Source: a virus | Taxonomy: Duplodnaviria > Caudoviricetes | DNA length: 64,000 nucleotides | IMG/VR virus record: IMGVR_UViG_3300020388_000009 | Strand: one strand, 5' to 3' | Part shown: in pieces, positions 51,401 through 60,785 of the stretch | How positions within the stretch are numbered: position 1 is the first letter of the stretch | How the letters are laid out: every line of letters begins with the position of its first letter | Translations under genes and position numbers: made by a program | Notes under the pieces: model-generated | Databases searched by the model: none | Seen by the model: only the letters and a program-made list of their open reading frames with translations | What the model was told of the DNA's origin: nothing

Positions 51401-51408
51401 ATAAATAT
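51401..51408 (-). promoter_or_regulatory. Late-type motif ATATTTAT before the sheath gene
   Basis: 31 nt from the ATG; GAGGAG SD. Confidence 0.65.
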
Positions 51409-51428
51409 TAACATGAAATGCCAAACTA

Positions 51429-51701
51429 TCAATTTTCAGCGACAAACTCTCCAGTATTTATATCAACAGTTCCTTTACCGTATTTATCATTTAAAGCAGT
51501 AACTAACTCAGTTTCTGTTGCTTGTAAATTTTTGAACTGTATCTGCAAAGTAGATTTCATTTCTTCAAGTTTTTTAAGTTCTTCGGTGACCAAAAATACC
51601 TGTAACTCCACTTCACCTAAGCCTGTTATTATTTGTACATTTTCATCTCTAACTTCGGTAATGTTTTTTAATTCTTCTTCTGTAAACTTTTTTGCTGTCA
51701 T
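51429..51701 (-). CDS. Coiled-coil phage protein (90 aa)
   Basis: Heptad-rich, ends KYGKGTVDINTGEF; AAGGA SD. Confidence 0.75.
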   Translation of the reverse strand: MTAKKFTEEELKNITEVRDENVQIITGLGEVELQVFLVTEELKKLEEMKSTLQIQFKNLQATETELVTALNDKYGKGTVDINTGEFVAEN

Positions 51702-51717
51702 AACTTATCCTTTAAAA

Positions 51718-52536
51718 TTAATACCCATCTGGTGGTGGGTCGGTTATATTTGTATTATCTGTTTCATATTCTCCGTTAAATGTAACACGTTTAACTGAAT
51801 ATTGTTTTTGTATTGTGGACCGGCGTAATTCGTTTGGCATTAATAATGTTGCCTTTGTAGTTAATGGCAATGTAGCTCTTACCATTCGATCTTCGCCAGT
51901 TGCATTTGTAGTTTCAAATGTATAATCTTGAATAAATGTCGGAAATTTAAATGTGGTTCCCCATGCAAATCCACCTAAAGGCATAATCTGTTCTACCAAT
52001 GAATTCATTTGTTCTGTATATTCAGTCCAGAATAACAAATCATATGTCACGTCAATATATTCTGGTATTGCTGATACATAATATTCGTTAAGTCGTTTAG
52101 TACCTTGTTGCACAGAAAATCGGTCATATCGATTAACTTTGGTATGTTTATTTTGTAATATTTGTGCATTACCACTAGGATTATGATTCACATCCAATTT
52201 TTTTAACTGATCTCTTTCAGTAATCGAATTTCGGCGCAAAGTAATTACAGGAGTCATAATTTTACCTTTACGATCTCTCATATATCCTTTTGCTTGCACC
52301 TGTGCCCATTTTTCACCGCTAGCATACATTATTGGAACATCAATAACAGATTCATTTTCTACGATTTGTGGTTTTACTATTTCTCGTAAATATGACATTA
52401 TTGCCCAATCAACATCTTCAATAGTACATTTAGGTGTTTTAATAATATCATTATCACGTCGTACATGAGCTGCTCGATTAGTTTCTGCATTTCTAGAAAA
52501 ACTACTATATGTCTGTTTAATTTCTTTTTTAGCCAT
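51718..52536 (-). CDS. Probable tail terminator / sheath stabiliser (T4 gp15-like)
   Basis: VPIMYASGEKW, PEYIDVTYDL..WT...MNSLVEQI; between neck and sheath genes. Confidence 0.65.
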   Translation of the reverse strand: MAKKEIKQTYSSFSRNAETNRAAHVRRDNDIIKTPKCTIEDVDWAIMSYLREIVKPQIVENESVIDVPIMYASGEKWAQVQAKGYMRDRKGKIMTPVITLRRNSITERDQLKKLDVNHNPSGNAQILQNKHTKVNRYDRFSVQQGTKRLNEYYVSAIPEYIDVTYDLLFWTEYTEQMNSLVEQIMPLGGFAWGTTFKFPTFIQDYTFETTNATGEDRMVRATLPLTTKATLLMPNELRRSTIQKQYSVKRVTFNGEYETDNTNITDPPPDGY

Positions 52537-53063
52537 TATAAGTTCCTAGGTATATTATTTGGTTTATTTATTCCGGATCTCACTTCTTGAATATTTAATC
52601 GATTTCTTCTTGTTACATGAGCAGTTACTTTAATTGCAACTGATAATCCAAATTCACCATGTTCAGTTTTTCCTAAATCTGTATCTGGATTTCTACCTGT
52701 CCAATACTGTGATGAACCTACTCCGTCAATTTCATAGAATTCATTATCCCATTCCAGTATATCACCTTCTTCTATTATAATATTTTTAGATTTAATATCA
52801 TCTCGTAAAAAATTAAACTCACCTAATCGACTTGAATCATATTGATCTTCGCCTATATAACTTTTATCCTCTTTAAGTGCAAGGCAATTAATTCGTATAG
52901 GCGAATAATATGTCTTGCCATCAGCCTCGTCATACATATTAGCTTTTGTATCATGTAGACTTAATTTATAAAATGCAATTTCTGTGTCAATAAATCGATT
53001 TATCAATTCACGATTAATTGATTTAATTAAACTTGCATCTCTTGCCGAACCAAATAAAGCCAT
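52536..53063 (-). CDS. Probable neck / head-closure protein (gp14-like)
   Basis: NMYDEA..K.Y, EGDILEWDNEFYEI; position. Confidence 0.6.
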   Translation of the reverse strand: MALFGSARDASLIKSINRELINRFIDTEIAFYKLSLHDTKANMYDEADGKTYYSPIRINCLALKEDKSYIGEDQYDSSRLGEFNFLRDDIKSKNIIIEEGDILEWDNEFYEIDGVGSSQYWTGRNPDTDLGKTEHGEFGLSVAIKVTAHVTRRNRLNIQEVRSGINKPNNIPRNL

Positions 53064-53065
53064 TA

Positions 53066-54229
53066 TTATCCTATATAAATTTTAAGTGGTATTTTATTCA
53101 TTTGCTGTTGCATTGCATCAGATTCCGCCTGTTTACGTTCCAATTGTGCTTGTCTAGACATTGTATCAAGCGTATCTTTAAGTTCTGTTATAAGGGCCTC
53201 TTTTTCGGTTTGTCCGGCTGATAATAAGTCGCTTCCGTTCAATGTTACTTCTGCGTTTGGTATTGGTATAGAAGAATATTTGCCTCTAATAAATCCTAAC
53301 ATTTCTTTTGCTAAAGCTAGTGTATATTTACGAATCCATTGTTTTCCAACATCGTTAACATTTTTATAAATTACATTATTATATGGAACATTTGAAAAAT
53401 CGGAAATTGTACCAGTTGCTCCTTTCAAAGGATTACTACGATCTGATTTTAAAATATAATGAAAGTATACTTTTGTAAAGTTTGCACCATTTGGTATAGG
53501 AAAGAACTTTATACGGTTATTGATAAGCTCGAAAGAATATGCAGACTTTCGTATTTGATCGTTAAGTTCAATTGCCTGCATTCGTAATATATCTGCATAT
53601 ACAGGCATCATCATAAATGATACTCCTGGTGAATATTGTCCCCAGCCAAATGTATCCATCATTTGTTGAGTTCCTAAACCTGTACCTACAAATGGATCAA
53701 AATATTTTACAATGGCAGGTGGGGGATCATGAAGTAATTTTTTTATTTCTATGGCATCGGTTCCTGGTGTTCCAGACTCTAATGAAACAATTGAAGAATC
53801 GGTTAAATCATATATCTGTTGTCCAGATGTAACTGTGATAGATCCAGTATAATATGTAACATTTCCTCCAGAACCTGCTTCTACACCATACTCTTCTGCT
53901 AGTTCAATTATTCCGCCATGGCTAGGTGATACCTTTTGTCCAGTTAAATTACTTGAAGTACTAGAACCGTATAAATTTAACATGTTATCACGTATGTTAT
54001 ATGTGTTTAATTGAGCTCCATATTCTGATACCGATTCTTCAAAACAGGCAAAGAAATTGATTGGCTGTAATTCAATATCATTGATAGGATATCCCATACG
54101 TTTGGCACACCAATCAGCTATTTTATCTGCATCAGACTGAAATTGAGTATCTGCGTCATATAATCCGAATGGTGTATCTCCACTAAAAAAAGATGAAGAA
54201 CCTGGCCATATTGGTATCTTTTGTGCCAT
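53066..54229 (-). CDS. Probable neck / head-tail adaptor (gp13-like)
   Basis: GYPINDIEL, WIRKYTLALAKEMLGFIRGKY, VTLNG. Confidence 0.75.
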   Translation of the reverse strand: MAQKIPIWPGSSSFFSGDTPFGLYDADTQFQSDADKIADWCAKRMGYPINDIELQPINFFACFEESVSEYGAQLNTYNIRDNMLNLYGSSTSSNLTGQKVSPSHGGIIELAEEYGVEAGSGGNVTYYTGSITVTSGQQIYDLTDSSIVSLESGTPGTDAIEIKKLLHDPPPAIVKYFDPFVGTGLGTQQMMDTFGWGQYSPGVSFMMMPVYADILRMQAIELNDQIRKSAYSFELINNRIKFFPIPNGANFTKVYFHYILKSDRSNPLKGATGTISDFSNVPYNNVIYKNVNDVGKQWIRKYTLALAKEMLGFIRGKYSSIPIPNAEVTLNGSDLLSAGQTEKEALITELKDTLDTMSRQAQLERKQAESDAMQQQMNKIPLKIYIG

Positions 54230-54245
54230 TAGAATTCCTTTTTAT

Positions 54246-54253
54246 ATAAATAT
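54246..54253 (-). promoter_or_regulatory. Late-type motif ATATTTAT before the neck operon
   Basis: 16 nt from the ATG; AAGGA SD. Confidence 0.65.
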
Positions 54254-54257
54254 TGAG

Positions 54258-57200
54258 TTATCCACAATGATAAGTGCATCCTACAAAAGCTTTTCTGTAA
54301 GTGGAGCCGGACCATTCAAATTCTATACAATCGTAATTATCAGAATCTATTTGGAAATCACAGTCTTGAGTTATTTTGGCAACTGTGTAATTATGAAGTA
54401 AATCATCATCTTGTTTCATTCCTAGGCCCGGAATTGGCGATGTTGTGATATAATCACCATTTTCTAAATTACCAGAGGCATTTGTAACCCAGATAGCACC
54501 TTCTCCTAATGAATTAACAAAGATTCTATCTTCCGAACCGGTTCCCATAAAAGAACATATATTTCCAGTAGGCTCATCTAAGGATTCTCCTTTGTATTCA
54601 TACCTCCATACAACACCAAATACTTTCTTATCTTTGGCAATATTAGACATTTCAATAACAGGAACTGCTTCGCTGATATTAGGTCTTGATGAACTTATAG
54701 GTCGTTTTCTACTATTAGGATTATTATAACTACCATTAGAACTAACAATAGTCCCTATAGGATATAAATTAGTATTACCATCGCCTTCTTTTGGAACTGA
54801 TCTATGGTATCCAGTAAATGAAGTTAATAAATTTCTGAAATCGTCGTCACCACCATCGAAATCAGGGTGTAATTTTATACCTTGGTTACTGGAATCATCT
54901 TCTATATAAAGTGCTCCATTCGTTCCATATGTATTGGAAACACCAAATTGCCATTGTAATGCATTTCCGGTTGAAGTTAGTCCAAGAACGGATGTTGCTA
55001 AAGTTGCGTTATAATCTGGCCCAACTATATCTAATCTAGCAGCTGGAGAATTTTTTGATATTCCTACATCACCATTAGTATCAATTGTTAATCTGTCACT
55101 GCTTCCTAATTGCCCACCGTCGGAAATTTTAAATTTATCGCCATCAGAATGATCAATTCCCATGGCATATTCTTGTATTCCTGTCAATCTGAATGTTTGC
55201 GTAGCATCACCGTCACCATCCTGGTTAATGCTGAACTGTTTATCAGTATCGCTGTTATTTCTATATACTTCCAAGTTTGCTGAAGGAGATGATGTTCCAA
55301 TACCTACATCACCATTACTGTTTATAACAAGATCAGTGCGACGATTGTCATTACCCATCATGATTTTACGAACTGATGAATTAGTAAATATTTCCATTCC
55401 ATCAGTAGATAAATATATATTACCATTGTATGTGGAATTATTACCTGATTCAACATGAAAAAGGAATTTAGTAGAATCAGAACTGTTTTCGTTCTGTATC
55501 TGGAAGTAATCTGTGTCCATTATTACATAATCTGTACTAGAGTTTTCATTTAAACGTAACATCTTACGATTACCGGCATAGAATTCTATATCATCTGAGG
55601 TAAATTCTATTTTGGTATCGGAATCACCAATATGTCCTATCTCATCCATTATATTAACACTGGTTGCATATATTTGGCCACTAGCGCTAATATCATTACC
55701 ACATGATACTTTTCCAGATATATGAGCTTCACCTGCGACCTCTAATGCAAAGCTTGGATTACAATTAATACCTAATTGGTGGTTTGTACCATCCCAAAAT
55801 AGGGCATCTTCTCCGTACACTTGTTTATATCCATCTTGCGAGCCTACAAAATTATCGCCTGGATGATCGGCTACTAATAATCGCGCAATGCCGGAAGTTA
55901 TTGTATCAATATCAACATGATCTGCGTTAGTGGCATTTGCCATTGTAACCGTTTGTATGTCCGGTGTTTTAACCCATAAGGTATTATAACTATAAGTGCT
56001 CCAATTAAGCACTACCAAACTCACATATCCATCCGCGGTTGCCGTATAATCATATTCATAAGTTACCCATGATGTGGATACAGCTCCATTATCATGCCAG
56101 TTTTCGATGCCAGTATCATCTTCTTGCACAAATGGCGATGATGATCCGGCATTATTGGACACATGAGTCTTACCATTTGGCATGTCACCGTTATGTTGAT
56201 ACAGTCGTAAATATGCTCCATTGGTATCCACAACAGAACCTTTGATCATTGTGGTGAATCGTTTTGTTTCACCGGATTTCATGTACACTGCACGGAATGC
56301 AGCTCCAATTGCATTGTCAGTCGCGCTGTATATTTTTATGGCATCTTCGGACTGATCCCATATCACATTGGCTTCTGTAGCACCGCCGAATGCTGGTTCC
56401 CATCCAGCTTCGCGTGCCATTGTGATCTCTATTTCTGTTTCTGTGAATCCATCGACATCTGCGGAAGTTATGTAACCAGCACCATTTGTTAACTGATTGT
56501 TATTGGTTGGTATAGTGGTTGAATTAAATGCATTAGAGCCTAATTCTCTAGTACCAACGTTACCGGAACTATCTATCATCAATGAAGTGTTTTCAGAATT
56601 TTGAGTAGAAAGAGCTGTTAATTGCAAATCTCCTACTGATAATATTCCTGATTCATTTAAGGTAAGCAATGTGTTTGCAGTTCCAGTTGTATGTTTACCA
56701 ATACTAAATGTATTTGTGCCATTATTATTACTATCAATATTAATTCTAACATGACCATAACTGTTTATAGTAATGTTATCATTATAGGTACCATTATTTG
56801 TGGATGTTATGGAATGGTTAAAATTGGTTCCGTAATTATCAGAATCCCATGTAAAGAATATGCCGCCCATTCTATATAGCTTGGTGCTTTGATTATTCAC
56901 ATACCTACCATAAATGTCCCCTGCAAATGTTATATCACCAGTTGCTGTATCATCCTGATCTGATCTTAAGAATTGCAGAGAATCTATTCCGTCCAATGTA
57001 TCAGCGTTAGTTGCAGAAGTAGCTGTGTCTGCATTTCCAGTTAAGGTACCTACTATATTTGGCACTGTTAATGTGTTTGAACTCGGATTATATGTTAAAC
57101 TATTTACCGAATCCTTTGCCATTGCAAAGTTTCCGGCTGCAGTACTAGTGCCAAACTGAAAAGGTATTGGATAATTATCGTTATTCGTAGTGGTAGATAA

Positions 57201-60200
57201 ATTAACATGTAGCGCATTTGTAGCCTGTCCGGCAAACTGAGAAGCTAAATTTCCATCACCATCAGTAGTTAATAAATTTGCAGTTTTTAAATTTCCAGAT
57301 GAATCTTGCACCACAATTAAATCTGAGGAGCTTCCGGCTACTAAACTGTTTAACAGCAACTTACCAACCGTTAACGTGTCTGTGCCAGGGTTATATTTGA
57401 AGGCTGCATCTGCTTTTAAACTTTCATTACCACCATCCGGAGATGTATCATCAATAAATGTTATTGGATGTTCGGCATTGCCGGAATCTGCAGTTACTTT
57501 CACGTTACTAGCGTTAGTAGCAGTTCCAGTTAACGCGCCAGAAAATGTAGTGGAATAAAGTATATTATTTGTAGCATTGAAATAAAGCGCGCTATCTTCA
57601 AAAACAGATTTGAATCCGGCTGAGCTATCCAACGTGAATAGTATTGGACAGTTTGTATCACCGGTATCTTTATTGTTTATGTTAACCTTGGTGGCATTGG
57701 TGGCGTTAGTGGCGTTAGTTGCATCTAATGCGTTTTGGGCGAAATTTGCAGAGTCTGCATTTCCAGTTAAATCTCCTGTTACATCACCTGTTAGATTAGC
57801 AGAGATATTAGGAACTGTTAATGTGTTAGTGGAAGGATTATATTGTAGACCACCGTTATTATCTACCATCATATATTGGTTACCAGATGTGCCGGCGAAC
57901 ATACCAATATTAAAGTCCATGGCAGTATTATTTGTCGGTGTTGTACCAACTGTAACAGCTGATGTCGCTGTATCAGCATTTCCGGTTAATGTTCCTATAA
58001 ATCCGGTGGCAGTAACGTTTCCTGTCGAAGGATTATATGTTAAAGTACCATCTGATTCTAAACCTAAGTTACCACCTGCCACAGCTCCTCCGGCTGTAAA
58101 TATAAGTGCATTATTTTCATTTGTAGATTCATTATCAGTTATAGTAACAGTAGTTGCAACAGTAGCTGTGTCAGAATTTCCAGTTACATTGCCAGTTACA
58201 ATTAAACTACCGGTTATGGAAACTGATCCTGTAAATTGATGAAATGCTTCAGCTGGGTCTGTATCGTGACCAAATATAGATGACCCAGAACGCACTACTA
58301 TTTGATCTTCTATTATTTGGTATCCATTATGAGCCGTACTACCACCAATAATATGATTACCTGCGGTATATAAATCTCCGGAACCACTTATATCTCCTTG
58401 CACTGTCAATGCTTTTGGTGGAGTTGTAGTTCCTATACCTAAGTTAGTATTATCAAAGTAACTTATGTCTTTACCAACTTTTAATACTTTAGTTCCTGCA
58501 TTTGCCGTGGCACTACCATAACTAAAAAAGGCTATTGGTTGATCGGTGCTTGTATTGGCAGATTGCACATAAAGCGGTGAATTACCTGCACTATTTCTTG
58601 TTATCAAACTGTAATCAGTAGTGCTTGTGTCAGTACGGAATGCATCGCTAGTTGTTATTCCATTCACATCTAATTTTGTAGCTGGAGAAGTAGTTCCAAT
58701 ACCGACATTACCAGATGCGGAAACAAACATTCTGGTTGTGTTATTAGTTTCAAGAAATATAGAAGCATTATCTACTTTCAATTTAATATCTTTATTACCA
58801 CCGCCATCTGTTAAAGTTACTGCACTATCTATCCATCCAATATGCGCTCTACTTCCATTGAATGATATTTTAGCAGAATCTCCAATGGCATTGTCATCGG
58901 TGTCTATATAAACAACAGTATCATTGGTAGAACCTTTTACATGGAGCGGGCCACTTGGTGTAGATGTTCCTATACCAACTTTACCATCTCCTTTTATTGT
59001 TAATCTATCTTCATTAGCAGTTTTTAAATTTATAGCTCTTCCATCACTATTATGGCCAATATCAAGACCTGTATCATCCATATCAATTGATGTAACATAT
59101 CCTGAATTCTTTGTAAGTTCTAATAAATTAGTTCCTGATGAGGCTGATATATGTAATTTTGCTGATGGTGATGTAATTCCTATACCAACATTACCACCAT
59201 TATAATATGAATCGCCGGCGGCGGATATCTGTACTTTAGAAGTGGTGTCGCTATATAGTTTTAATAAACCAGGATTAGTATTTCCATAATTAATAGCAAC
59301 ACCAGATGCATGATCGGCATGTAAGTGGAAATTACCACCTCCTTGATTTATACTAGATTCCCTTCCATGAGAGCTTTCAAATTTTATAGTAGATTCAGGG
59401 GCATAAACATGCAATGGTGTGTTAGGAATATTAGTTCCTATACCAACGTTAACAGATGAACTTAAATATGTGGTACCATTGTACCAAAGATTGGATTGAG
59501 ATAAAAGAGTTGCATCTGTAACAGAATCGGCTACCAATGCATGAGATACACTTCCAGATAAACTTCCGGTAAATGATATAGCTTTAACATTGCCGGCAAC
59601 TTCTAAAGTTGCATCAGGAGTAGCTGTTCCAATACCAACTTTACCATCTTTGGTAATACGCATTTTTTCGGTATTACCAACAACTTCTTTGTACGTTTTA
59701 AAGGCTATATCTCTACCAGTAGTACCATCAGCATCATTATAATGAACTCCTATGCCTCCATCACCATTGTTGAAAGTTAACAAGCATCCATCACCACCTC
59801 TAACATCAATATTACCATTTACAGTAAACTTTTGATATAATGTAGTATTAAGTCCAATACCAACTTTACCACCGTTGTTTATATAGCTATCAGTACCATT
59901 TTCGCCGTATAGACTAATTTTATTATTACCGGCAGAATCTCTTATTATAAGTGAACCATCTCCGGAACTATCTGATCCTAATACGGCTACCTTTTTATTA
60001 CTAGTGTTTTTTACACTTATATAAGTAGCGTTACCATACACTTGTAATTTATCGTTAGGAGTAGGAGTTCCAATACCTACGTTACCAGTTGAAGTAATAC
60101 GTGCAAATTCGTTAGGCCCATTTTCAAATCTGATGATAGCACCATTAATTTCTACATTACCCCATTTGCCTCCGTTATAACCTATATTAAGAGTAGAAGT

Positions 60201-60548
60201 GTTATCAGTTAAAGGAGATAAGTAGGAATCAGTTCTATTAAAAAATACACCATTCCCCCTATAGTTTGCATAAGAATCGTCTGTATGTACTACTTTTATA
60301 ATACCATCAACTTCTAATTTTTCTCCTGGTGCATTAGTTCCTATACCAACATTACCATCAGGTTTAATTCTTAGTTTTTCTGAGCCATCAGTCGTAAATG
60401 CTATACCATTAGTCTCCGGTTGAAATATACCGGTATCGGTATCATCGATAAATGAATAGGCTGGGACGCTGGCTGTACCATCGTCCGTACGTATTCGTAT
60501 TAAATCTGCAGAACTTCCGCTATGTATTATTTTTTTCCATCCAGCCAC
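54258..60548 (-). CDS. Giant mosaic tail fibre (2096 aa, GTG start) with probable C-terminal chaperone domain
   Basis: About 12 G(N/K/D)VGIG-type repeats, LxYNPS and GNADTAT repeats, C-terminal SFTGYH...GEGAIWV...AFVGCTYHCG. Confidence 0.82.
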   Translation of the reverse strand: MAGWKKIIHSGSSADLIRIRTDDGTASVPAYSFIDDTDTGIFQPETNGIAFTTDGSEKLRIKPDGNVGIGTNAPGEKLEVDGIIKVVHTDDSYANYRGNGVFFNRTDSYLSPLTDNTSTLNIGYNGGKWGNVEINGAIIRFENGPNEFARITSTGNVGIGTPTPNDKLQVYGNATYISVKNTSNKKVAVLGSDSSGDGSLIIRDSAGNNKISLYGENGTDSYINNGGKVGIGLNTTLYQKFTVNGNIDVRGGDGCLLTFNNGDGGIGVHYNDADGTTGRDIAFKTYKEVVGNTEKMRITKDGKVGIGTATPDATLEVAGNVKAISFTGSLSGSVSHALVADSVTDATLLSQSNLWYNGTTYLSSSVNVGIGTNIPNTPLHVYAPESTIKFESSHGRESSINQGGGNFHLHADHASGVAINYGNTNPGLLKLYSDTTSKVQISAAGDSYYNGGNVGIGITSPSAKLHISASSGTNLLELTKNSGYVTSIDMDDTGLDIGHNSDGRAINLKTANEDRLTIKGDGKVGIGTSTPSGPLHVKGSTNDTVVYIDTDDNAIGDSAKISFNGSRAHIGWIDSAVTLTDGGGNKDIKLKVDNASIFLETNNTTRMFVSASGNVGIGTTSPATKLDVNGITTSDAFRTDTSTTDYSLITRNSAGNSPLYVQSANTSTDQPIAFFSYGSATANAGTKVLKVGKDISYFDNTNLGIGTTTPPKALTVQGDISGSGDLYTAGNHIIGGSTAHNGYQIIEDQIVVRSGSSIFGHDTDPAEAFHQFTGSVSITGSLIVTGNVTGNSDTATVATTVTITDNESTNENNALIFTAGGAVAGGNLGLESDGTLTYNPSTGNVTATGFIGTLTGNADTATSAVTVGTTPTNNTAMDFNIGMFAGTSGNQYMMVDNNGGLQYNPSTNTLTVPNISANLTGDVTGDLTGNADSANFAQNALDATNATNATNATKVNINNKDTGDTNCPILFTLDSSAGFKSVFEDSALYFNATNNILYSTTFSGALTGTATNASNVKVTADSGNAEHPITFIDDTSPDGGNESLKADAAFKYNPGTDTLTVGKLLLNSLVAGSSSDLIVVQDSSGNLKTANLLTTDGDGNLASQFAGQATNALHVNLSTTTNNDNYPIPFQFGTSTAAGNFAMAKDSVNSLTYNPSSNTLTVPNIVGTLTGNADTATSATNADTLDGIDSLQFLRSDQDDTATGDITFAGDIYGRYVNNQSTKLYRMGGIFFTWDSDNYGTNFNHSITSTNNGTYNDNITINSYGHVRINIDSNNNGTNTFSIGKHTTGTANTLLTLNESGILSVGDLQLTALSTQNSENTSLMIDSSGNVGTRELGSNAFNSTTIPTNNNQLTNGAGYITSADVDGFTETEIEITMAREAGWEPAFGGATEANVIWDQSEDAIKIYSATDNAIGAAFRAVYMKSGETKRFTTMIKGSVVDTNGAYLRLYQHNGDMPNGKTHVSNNAGSSSPFVQEDDTGIENWHDNGAVSTSWVTYEYDYTATADGYVSLVVLNWSTYSYNTLWVKTPDIQTVTMANATNADHVDIDTITSGIARLLVADHPGDNFVGSQDGYKQVYGEDALFWDGTNHQLGINCNPSFALEVAGEAHISGKVSCGNDISASGQIYATSVNIMDEIGHIGDSDTKIEFTSDDIEFYAGNRKMLRLNENSSTDYVIMDTDYFQIQNENSSDSTKFLFHVESGNNSTYNGNIYLSTDGMEIFTNSSVRKIMMGNDNRRTDLVINSNGDVGIGTSSPSANLEVYRNNSDTDKQFSINQDGDGDATQTFRLTGIQEYAMGIDHSDGDKFKISDGGQLGSSDRLTIDTNGDVGISKNSPAARLDIVGPDYNATLATSVLGLTSTGNALQWQFGVSNTYGTNGALYIEDDSSNQGIKLHPDFDGGDDDFRNLLTSFTGYHRSVPKEGDGNTNLYPIGTIVSSNGSYNNPNSRKRPISSSRPNISEAVPVIEMSNIAKDKKVFGVVWRYEYKGESLDEPTGNICSFMGTGSEDRIFVNSLGEGAIWVTNASGNLENGDYITTSPIPGLGMKQDDDLLHNYTVAKITQDCDFQIDSDNYDCIEFEWSGSTYRKAFVGCTYHCG

Positions 60549-60604
60549 GTATTGATTGTCCTTTTATAATATATAATATAATAAAACTTTGCCAGATAAC
60601 AAAA

Positions 60605-60769
60605 TTATTCTACTAATAAGTTTTGTAATTTTACTGCGGATGTGTATACTACTTGCACATCTTTTCCTTCAAATGTTGAATCTGCAATCAGTTTCAATAA
60701 AAATTCTAATTCTTCTTTTTCTAATGGTTTTGATTTTGGTGATTTTTTTTGTTTGTCTAATAAACCCAT
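60605..60769 (-). CDS. Small protein (54 aa) between fibre genes, absent from the ORF track
   Basis: MGLLDKQKKSPKSKPLEKEELEFLLKLIADSTFEGKDVQVVYTSAVKLQNLLVE; AAGGAG SD at 60775-60780. Confidence 0.75.
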   Translation of the reverse strand: MGLLDKQKKSPKSKPLEKEELEFLLKLIADSTFEGKDVQVVYTSAVKLQNLLVE

Positions 60770-60785
60770 TGTAACTCCTTTTTAG

